62,418 bases of DNA from a virus (taxonomy: Duplodnaviria > Caudoviricetes), in the IMG/VR virus record IMGVR_UViG_3300021963_000132, positions 1 to 62,418 of that record; one strand, written 5' to 3'. The notes under the pieces are model-generated. The model was given only the letters and a program-made list of their open reading frames with translations. It had not been told where the DNA came from and ran no database searches. A program made the translations under genes and the position numbers. This document shows, piece after piece, positions 39,101 to 44,153 of this stretch. Numbering within the stretch: the first letter of the stretch is position 1; each line of letters opens with the position of its first letter.

Positions 39101-40331
39101 TCAGTAGGTGTAGGTAGCCGTGAATAAACTCGTTTTCGTTTTTATTTGCTCCGCCAATTCTGGCATCTTCATTACGTGCTATTTTTTCTAATTCCGGAAT
39201 TATGTAATATTTGAGAAGTTTTGCAGAAATTTCATTAGCACGCAACATAATTGCATTTTGTGAATTGGCGCTGTAATCAGTCTTTAGTTGCTCCACATAT
39301 TTGTCCATAAACAAATCGTGGAAGGGGAATCGTTCGCCGTTTCCTGGCCACTTGGCAAGATTCGCATTACGTCTATTGCCGCCCTGGAACGTTGAATTGA
39401 CGAGGTCCTCCCACTTGGCCGCATCGCGGTTATTTGAAAGGTCGTCCACAATCTCCTGCAGAACCCCTGCATTGGGAATTTCGGTATTGTGGTAATCCCT
39501 GTCCCCTGGCAACAAGGAGCGGAGAATCCCATTCGGCGGAAGTCTGAGCGAAATTGTGCCATCGTCGTGAATCCGCAACTCAGAATTATTTACGATGTCC
39601 TCAATGGTAAGGTCAATATCTGGATGTGATTCAAATCCATCAATGATGGTTTTTCTTCTGAGAAGACCAGTACGCTCACGACGACCCATTAATTCCCATA
39701 CGTCACGCATCTGCCTAAGGTTGTTGACCAGTAGATACGTTTGTCGCTCAATGCGGTTTTTCTGAATAGGCGTCCAGTCCCCCATAGACAGAATTTTTTG
39801 TTCAAGTTTTTCGCGTATGCCGAGCCAGAAGTAACCTCTGCCCAAGTTATCTAATTCCTCGTAGTCCGAGTCATCTTTGTCCGTGCCCTCTACAACAACA
39901 TCACTTAGCGGAATTCTTTCACGGATGCTTCGCATGGATACTCGACCACGAGCAGTCCGGGCATCTCTCAGTTGTTCTGGCTTGCCGTCAATTCCACTGA
40001 GCAATGACCGCAATTTGTTCTCATCAAACTCAATGTTGACATTTCCGGCACGGCGCTGGTTTTCAATCTCAACAGCGTCACCTTCGGTCAACTTCGCAAG
40101 CCGTCGAGCAAGATTCTTGGGAACAATAAAACGAGGAATTATTGGACGCTCAAGTGGTTTGCCTTCAAAGACGATGCCATCTGCGTCAGCGTCAACAACG
40201 CCAGTAATGTCAACAAATGCCATGCCTGGTCCAGCGGAGCGCAACCCACCACCTAGGCGCTGGCCAACCCTGGGGCCGAGTTGTTTCAGTTCGGCATTGA
40301 GCCCTGACTCAGGAAAGTCGGGCGTCAGTAT
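30198..40331 (-). CDS. Giant multidomain protein (3377 codons), predicted to be expressed as a -1 frameshift extension of the prohead protease; DxDxDG leader, HDxxGH motif, Nudix, KTSC-like
   Basis: The frame is open upstream of the track's TTG (40244) as far as the A7 run at 40331-40337, and the conserved leader (KQLGPRVGQRLGGGLRS) begins before that TTG. Nudix: YGASGALV...YLLARRS...WSFPGGAHRDE...AVDEFMQEVG. HDILGH at 39006-39023. Confidence 0.88.
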   Translation of the reverse strand: MLTPDFPESGLNAELKQLGPRVGQRLGGGLRSAGPGMAFVDITGVVDADADGIVFEGKPLERPIIPRFIVPKNLARRLAKLTEGDAVEIENQRRAGNVNIEFDENKLRSLLSGIDGKPEQLRDARTARGRVSMRSIRERIPLSDVVVEGTDKDDSDYEELDNLGRGYFWLGIREKLEQKILSMGDWTPIQKNRIERQTYLLVNNLRQMRDVWELMGRRERTGLLRRKTIIDGFESHPDIDLTIEDIVNNSELRIHDDGTISLRLPPNGILRSLLPGDRDYHNTEIPNAGVLQEIVDDLSNNRDAAKWEDLVNSTFQGGNRRNANLAKWPGNGERFPFHDLFMDKYVEQLKTDYSANSQNAIMLRANEISAKLLKYYIIPELEKIARNEDARIGGANKNENEFIHGYLHLLTDPHAWQSIHDELEKRGFVLSPLTVFHDILGHYTLGNTFDRHSEWGNILASLSFARDKDFWNSLRQIPGLEDLTEEDREIYLRATLAEVASNWITRIVRPPTQISNIDLPSQFTREQIEVGFLNYDGPIDEVIDRLDPPDQQVSMRSTRSIRLADASDEDLGKVALDSVEGISVREERLSGGSPARSLPTTRGLLDGRSSRTQRSRRLVTRESPEGRKLAAKAKQEQREALSREVRTRYKRTERNRTLVDLLTRILNSDVVANLTGDDEPRPRSDDGDNWYARTALEKRDDLLRGVISDSAALDNPLATDAGASSIDGLLTIDAIITEYGEKVEPLTPEEQQIVIALRADIKKRLREESTQPLRRRRGGNERSLHFDRITSEEFADSDWGAGWIYPDGSIYPVGFYHGDEHDYEEAFSDGLIRLVATREKTRVNWMLPGRDYEIRTIPGNIVIDYNTTNPPTDEQINAITDLAARIPHASVFIEKDDDAWEITTEQIEKVGVREGITTRPTQSDATSSSTRSMRSSISIDDDPQIQEKRRRIKERQQQAINWKEQRKERGLEENAKLLSILEDIDDRLGDSDDDDEQEIAKTSRILQSLIDEGAMYNNPYVVLGSQRRADLLRLLMEHAPPSPARDTIINDLKDVIKGLDAGSRLRRGANPRPMAMQKMSVDEFAKSFYWGAWMYPDGTLYPVDRHEMEFDYQDAFGDGMVRLMTGLGGELTVDASTITDKQLNTLKKLIKTSNPYHLFVSREQLARSRGIESFAGRRFVGEINITKDTLFEEILRLLEIEDFSDTDEYLPPWHAPTARASEPTSRSTRSTRRVRPKTARKRDIDPEEPLSEKIWDTYEIRRTDDGIHYARDISYQHVRALRNGLIKPPFLPFFAPLGGGNNQRTGEGYYFSVTGRRFYGRYGASGALVRRKRKDGTYEYLLARRSPNMSVGAGKWSFPGGAHRDEIDAMIPGITAVDEFMQEVGGDIRAIEPVYSFSDPMAPDWTYDTYVYEVGPRELRKLRPRDGENTNVEWFTAEEILEMRDNDELLPSFARRAQRIINESGDRSIASARSSRSVVSDDTIPGEPTGVRSARNIKDIDDELSQISKSMANLDARLDAEEITLDEYRKEQIPLRRRSAELGKERAQITGRRRVEARPEEPLEEKPKQPQQGIAPSAGEQTWDSAAFLEQQRQKQIAWMRGLGFSEDEINLLMSPTPTPTSLRSRRTGNSDTKIAPPRFDLKTSPVLTEQVQVAPTTTPNPALASFSDGELIDALEMYNIRIPEKAATPDDSGVTIPSWFPSSDQIILELQTRGYMVTRLRMGDARSTRFTDPMFFAAPNPQALPEQIDRRIPLSSAKLPEFIESETLRTGQQLTTRKGREFKDWKLISNLQSMNDREFNNFGDKLDSDAVEMRRRKASGEMSVEEHDAWLSAHTAIRNTYQDVVAQRRMRALIDAGERLNIDNDPLLKPLDIVFYSQAVPNFRSQRKFDPVVQDMFDDGVIDDSVFNSLANYAQLRQQRDNGVRDGLSRLLGFDIDGERQPQLSPEEMNMVRGLIADYNEMYGTELEKSDLAELDFGQLTALGVDKIDAMFLSGGQPLSMRSRRGKNRKKWNVTGDKKVTSNMKKLTPEQVRLEQEQRRRAKKIPGKKDQGPSKNEWREYRSMKSGRAVGERARYLQDLAANTVGLNYGVAGRPIGSSSPDGQDGYLSFGGDIKLGDILPNNFLSNLDLQGEQRYVVMGISKAKKNSSQVLLRDLKTGSSLSAYVQDDHQLLNVGRSASMRSSRSLLPAVRADILDDFRNLNHEKIKSRVKRLLEENASISAQRDQIEARINEEGELSDEDDLRFGVLDNMLLAVGDEIEEVQSTIEYLLAEQRQDSIDKITREIALSDAKKYTAKDIDKVGLSQDEWQQVSALIQGSPREREILFDLPAGGRASTMSANNLADSLNKIIKEFAKDSNNFTPFYNFDIDEVLSLDDVNDEDEIRAINSAATHMLRHAYVSIQRGKQLLSAKNAIINTTSADITESEVLAIAPTTRSAKRVGRTMGRSSVPTGRGLPDTERLYPGRSEKFADSDVRFINIDGNRGEVIVGKKNGNVIRYGGLTDTEIENFAFGRSSARQALNDIATNARYVVDSGGRARGRVPDLKSLLERDIKRVQLSDNEQKTVKSILDGLVSGANAQAIESVTPEKLHSLVSRLFSNGEPAMATNILDAVDSVGVSTMFKNQIAPLSRRFGSLPQNPIDISLSSDEMGIIRDELARLQQVFQANTNAAAGFKLYDALIEGSQGSGIRSNFSVSPAQFAEILQAYEFAYKQPGLPAMSGFTPLEQAAASPKNKFDTTDMGRISGISSETLFNNGAPMSMGKEEQEKLLAWAQSSNIGIAKEISLSSRLTLNEWNGLQALRNLSPQSMRSSGTSNFTRIDNGAGSPLRQMIPPEYKNMSPVEKLAWINQNSASPDNKKGIRKQDAIDEANNIFSVLSLADSNAEQKQKFESLAYDAPDSRGSLPSFARSWDSLSSSSKDALNFQSQKVYDLDFLELNPLQAVDVIRILRPEANKKKTGPLEINDADINALWQDAITASQKTLEAVSRKLRSGMLLEEEDPQAPVGVERASDGPSSVDNSLASLLSRSSLTKRITESEKRKARTSSTPDNPVAAKQQRQNRANKISEFIAQMDDAIAAGYAARNDDMRHSLIWRDLNKLFESPSPDEGRDLSIGQLDDALSLLDDYLVSDVVADALANRGSGFGPRTNARSKQVVLKNIANAEGIRDGLQKIRESYADDPFIDRTPGRGAKLTQVIEPQRQRPSSAKRNSFNRIPDVEKYFAARRNEQQKPASMRSQKDGRAEIRAEATRFKELMDSLDVEAQKADDARTKQALLMLKQIMRRQKSGLLTDKRTNAGALFLTQRELDEIIEALYVALDRQLGRGGDVRVSLFAEMAELMAKAAMATFVDKTVQPINSRTIKKINEQGDEVEVALYE

Positions 40332-40337
40332 TTTTTT
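40301..40337 (-). other. Predicted programmed -1 ribosomal frameshift signal
   Basis: mRNA reads UCA AAA AAA UAC UGA: heptamer A_AAA_AAA (40337-40331), 7-nt spacer, then hairpin GCCC-GACU-UUCCUG-AGUC-A-GGGC (40323-40301). Confidence 0.8.
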
Positions 40338-41749
40338 GAACCACCGGCCTTGCCGTAAAGAACCTCATCAATAGTTCCGGCAACATGCTCAAGGGCCATA
40401 ATCGCGTCCGCAGTGAGGCCGTTACTTATGTGGATTCCCTCGTCGTCAACCTCAGCATCTAGTCGGTGGTAGTCAATGACTGGGTCCAATAGGCTTTTTA
40501 CCTGATACGCCTCATTGGGGGTGCAGAGCACCGTGAAAACTTCTTGCTCTTCGGACTTGGACGCAGTGGGCTTAAGCGATTCCAGGAGTTCAATGGCTCG
40601 CGTAAGTTTTTCGGCAGGAACAATGCCCGAGCCGAGTGTTGCGTCAAGAATGACATCGGCGGCTTCATCCATCTGCTCATCCAATGACTTGCCACCACTG
40701 GTCATGAACACCATTCCAGTTGGCATGCCCATTCCAGGCTTCACGCTCATTGGCATTGAGGGCATCTGCGATGGGACGACCGTGGGTGACGGCATCCGAC
40801 TTTCTTCATTGCGCATGCCAATTTTTTCCGGCTTACCAAACATGTACTCGCCAGAATCGTAATCGTGGTGGTAGCCGAGACGGTAGGTGACCATGTTGCC
40901 GTTGCCTGCATCACGGTTGAAAACGACAGAATTCTCCGTTGCGTACAGGACATCCAGTCGTGAGCGCGAACGGCTCATCAACTCCATAGATAGTGCCGCA
41001 AGCGCCTCATCGGGTAGTTGGCGAGCCTCGCCTTCTGCAAAAATATCCTCACGCTGACGGGGGTATTCGCGATTGCGCTCCTCGTGATGGCGAACGGGCA
41101 GTTGGGGCAGAATTGGACGACCCACGACGGCGGGTCCTCGTGGTGTCATTAGGGCGGTTGGCCCCATTCCTGGCATTCCGCACTTTTCGGCGTCATCACT
41201 CTTTACCGAGATAGTCCCAGTCAGTTGATTCGCGCCGTGAAGAACAGGGCTGACTTCATACAACTCAACCTCATGCAGGACATTTGCTTGCGCATGGGGG
41301 TCAAATGTGGCGTTGAGGGTTTTATAGCCAATGCTCCACTCCTGCTCATGTCCAAAGAATGCAACACTCGCAAATGCCTCACGGCCCTTTTCGGTTGCAA
41401 GGTTGAATTGAACCTTGGCAAACAGTCCACCGACATTGGCCATCTTCATTTTTGCTGGAAGGCGGGGGTCGGAGGCGGGAACTTCGTAGATTTCAAGAAC
41501 CTTGCCGATGGGGTCATTCCAACTATGCCCCCATACAACGCGAGGCTTACGGCGCTTCAGACTTTCAGTAAACGCGCCAGTTGCAACAACGTCACCGACA
41601 CTGTCTTTGTTGCCAATTGCCGCCACAAAACATTCAACAATTCCCTGTGCCTCGTCAATGTTGACCTGGCCATTTAGCGCCTTAAAGTTGATTTGGTCCT
41701 GCGTAGAGTTGCTCATATTGCTCCAATCGTCTTCTTCAATAATAGTCAA
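40325..41749 (-). CDS. HK97-family prohead (capsid maturation) protease with C-terminal extension
   Basis: GNKDSVGDVVATGAF...VVWGHSWNDPIGK (His)...EWSIGY (Ser)...LHEVELYEVSPV..GAN; lies directly downstream of the portal. The true start may be MSNSTQ. Confidence 0.92.
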   Translation of the reverse strand: MTIIEEDDWSNMSNSTQDQINFKALNGQVNIDEAQGIVECFVAAIGNKDSVGDVVATGAFTESLKRRKPRVVWGHSWNDPIGKVLEIYEVPASDPRLPAKMKMANVGGLFAKVQFNLATEKGREAFASVAFFGHEQEWSIGYKTLNATFDPHAQANVLHEVELYEVSPVLHGANQLTGTISVKSDDAEKCGMPGMGPTALMTPRGPAVVGRPILPQLPVRHHEERNREYPRQREDIFAEGEARQLPDEALAALSMELMSRSRSRLDVLYATENSVVFNRDAGNGNMVTYRLGYHHDYDSGEYMFGKPEKIGMRNEESRMPSPTVVPSQMPSMPMSVKPGMGMPTGMVFMTSGGKSLDEQMDEAADVILDATLGSGIVPAEKLTRAIELLESLKPTASKSEEQEVFTVLCTPNEAYQVKSLLDPVIDYHRLDAEVDDEGIHISNGLTADAIMALEHVAGTIDEVLYGKAGGSKKY

Positions 41750-41819
41750 TCAAACGACATTTTCTTGTACCATTGGGTCATTTCGTGATGTTTACTTAAA
41801 GTCCAACAATTTCAGCAAA

Positions 41820-43868
41820 CTATGGGCGGCTGAATTCCCACGCCCTACGAGCCTCCATGTCAGCAAGGTTTGGTCGTGCGTTGGCGATTGCATCAGCGAA
41901 AATCATGTTCACTGATGTGCGCAACGCTGAATACCTATCATCTTCGCTCGGAATCCCATATGAATTGAATATGGAAGACGAAATATCTGTTGATATTTTT
42001 TCAACAATAGATTTGATGCGGCTCATCTGAGATTCCGAGTGGACAGCAGTTTCGTTTTTGCTCGGAGCCACATACTTGGCTGATTTTTCATTATAAATAT
42101 TTTGCGAATCACGAATAATGGTGGCTAAAACCGGCTTTACGTCCTCATCCAATTGTTTAAACCAAGTTTCCTTGCTTAGGATTGACTCAATATCAAGAGA
42201 GCCGGAGGCAAGTGCTTTTCGTGATTTTTGACCGCTCATCTTCTCGAGGACAACTCTCTGCATTCGCTCAAGAACGCGCTCAATGCTTCTGTCAAGAATC
42301 TCCGTCCAACGGGATACAGACAACTCACTTTGTTCATCTTTGGTAAAGAGTTCTGGCCCGATTGCGTCTGCCATCATCATCCCTGGTGGTGCACCGGCCC
42401 CTGGGGCGCCCATTGCCTCAATGGCCATTGCTCCAGCCATTGTTGTTGGGTCTGGAGAACCGCCAGCACCCATATCTGGTGGGACCGCTGCCGCGTCCCC
42501 GCCCGGGGGCATTCCTGGCATTCCTGGCATTCCTGGGATGGCCGCACCACCTGCATCGGGGGGCATTCCTGGCATCCCCGGAATAGCCCCACCACCCGGA
42601 AGTTCCATTCCTGGCTGCTGTGTTGGCATCGGCTTTTTGGTATTGGCAATTGGCGTTAGGTTGGGGTTCATGAGTAGGCTGTCCGCCAAGTCAGCCTCTA
42701 CGTCCTTACGTCCAGTGCCAGTTCGGTATTCGTTGACACTAATAAGACCCGCCTGCAATTCTTGCATCAGATATCTTTCGGATTCTTGTTTGGCAAGAAT
42801 CAAGACAGGCACATCCGATGTGTCGAAATCAATGTAATGGTCTTCATCCAGTTCATCAAGGGCGCGAGCCAAAACCTCCAAGTGTGGAGCCATTGTCTCG
42901 TTCCAGAAAACACGAATTTCTTCACCGGCATTACTAAACGTCCTGCCTGCTGCATTTCCAATTACCGACTCTGGCACACCAAAAGAAGCAAGAATCTCCT
43001 CCTTGGTGATTTGGCGCATCTGAATGTATGCAGCGTCACGCGGGTTTGATGAGGTATCTACGAAGTCAACTCCATCGTCAGCGGAAATCACCGTGGTTTG
43101 CCCCACTTTGCCCAGATTTCCCCTGAATCTATTGCGTAATTCATCCTTATCATCATCGTCGATTTCGCCACGGAGAACAAGGAGACCACCCGGCCGACCA
43201 TCATTGAGAAGGTAGTTGCGGTTGTACAACTTGGCCAAATTTTCAATTTCTACGGCTATGCCAGCAGACTCCAGTGGCGTTAGGGAGAGATATGGGTCGA
43301 GGGGGTGTGGTCGGCGAATCCATACAACATCTTTTGGATTCATCATTATCTTGTCGCCATTCGGCATCAAAACCTCATAGCCAGAAACAAAAGTTTTTGA
43401 ATCTGGAATCGGTGCCGTTGACTGTGGGGGCAGGAGGTTTAGTCCGATAATTCCACCATCTCGGCCACGAACCTTTTCAATAAAAACTCCTCGCGTACCT
43501 AGGAGCAACTGTGATGACATTCTATATCTAAATATAAATGAATTTTCACCAATGTTGCTTTTGGTGTTTAAGAGGTCCAGGATGCCCTTCTGCTTACCGG
43601 GTTTGTTTTTTACAACCGTCCCCTCAGGGGAATTGTCGCGCCTGAGGATAATGGGCAGCCGTGCCTGGTTGCCAGCAATTGCATCAATGCAGCGAGATAC
43701 CCAAGTAACTTTCTGCATTCCCTCGCGATAGGCGCGCTCAATATCCCAGGGGTCGCGATATGCCTTGCCAGCATACGAAGCGTTCTGGGCTACAATGCCA
43801 CCGGGTCCGATGGCTGATTTCTGTGCCTCATTGGCCAGAGATTTTGTGTCAATTTTGTTCCAGGCCAT
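41820..43868 (-). CDS. Portal protein, HK97-like family, with Pro/Gly/Met-rich linker and C-terminal extension
   Basis: WVSRCIDAIAGNQARLP...QLLLG...WIRRPHPLDPYLSLTPLE...NDGRPGGLL...RQITKEEILASFGVP...ISVNEYR. Confidence 0.92.
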   Translation of the reverse strand: MAWNKIDTKSLANEAQKSAIGPGGIVAQNASYAGKAYRDPWDIERAYREGMQKVTWVSRCIDAIAGNQARLPIILRRDNSPEGTVVKNKPGKQKGILDLLNTKSNIGENSFIFRYRMSSQLLLGTRGVFIEKVRGRDGGIIGLNLLPPQSTAPIPDSKTFVSGYEVLMPNGDKIMMNPKDVVWIRRPHPLDPYLSLTPLESAGIAVEIENLAKLYNRNYLLNDGRPGGLLVLRGEIDDDDKDELRNRFRGNLGKVGQTTVISADDGVDFVDTSSNPRDAAYIQMRQITKEEILASFGVPESVIGNAAGRTFSNAGEEIRVFWNETMAPHLEVLARALDELDEDHYIDFDTSDVPVLILAKQESERYLMQELQAGLISVNEYRTGTGRKDVEADLADSLLMNPNLTPIANTKKPMPTQQPGMELPGGGAIPGMPGMPPDAGGAAIPGMPGMPGMPPGGDAAAVPPDMGAGGSPDPTTMAGAMAIEAMGAPGAGAPPGMMMADAIGPELFTKDEQSELSVSRWTEILDRSIERVLERMQRVVLEKMSGQKSRKALASGSLDIESILSKETWFKQLDEDVKPVLATIIRDSQNIYNEKSAKYVAPSKNETAVHSESQMSRIKSIVEKISTDISSSIFNSYGIPSEDDRYSALRTSVNMIFADAIANARPNLADMEARRAWEFSRP

Positions 43869-43870
43869 AA

Positions 43871-44080
43871 TTATTCAGAACCAAGCAGATATCCGTATAG
43901 TCCGCAATTTACACCTGCCACGATAAGGCCCGCTGGGGGCAATAGAAGTGCTGCTCCTACGCTAGTTAGCAAGATAAACAATACCATCAATAAATGAGCA
44001 GAAAAGGAACGTGTGATGATTCGGTCGCGTCCCAAATGCATCCGAAGACGAATGAGCAGTTTGGCGATTAGATTTTTCAT
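43871..44080 (-). CDS. Small membrane protein upstream of the portal
   Basis: Likely start MKNLIAK; two hydrophobic segments (HLLMVLFILLTSVGAALLLPPAGLIVAG). Position typical of HK97-type head modules. Confidence 0.65.
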   Translation of the reverse strand: MKNLIAKLLIRLRMHLGRDRIITRSFSAHLLMVLFILLTSVGAALLLPPAGLIVAGVNCGLYGYLLGSE

Positions 44081-44153
44081 GTGATAGGTTTCGTGCCAGT
44101 TCTTTTGATGTGCCAAGTACAATCTAATACACAAAACGTGCGCGGAGTGGAAG

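Noticed and set aside
40222-40244. TTG 40244 (or the nearby ATG) as the true start of the 3348-aa ORF
   Set aside because: It would truncate the leader conserved in the paralogs and lacks a convincing SD; the frameshift explains the layout better, although independent initiation is not excluded.
18329-40244. Giant ORFs as tape measure protein or virion RNA polymerase
   Set aside because: They lack tape-measure-like helical or TM repeats. The DxDxDG loop sits in a short shared leader and is not in a DFDGD polymerase context.
49-43215. Many + strand ORFs of 60-284 aa in the ORF track
   Set aside because: They are antisense shadows of the long minus-strand genes: Ser/Arg-rich, with no RBS and no recognisable motifs.
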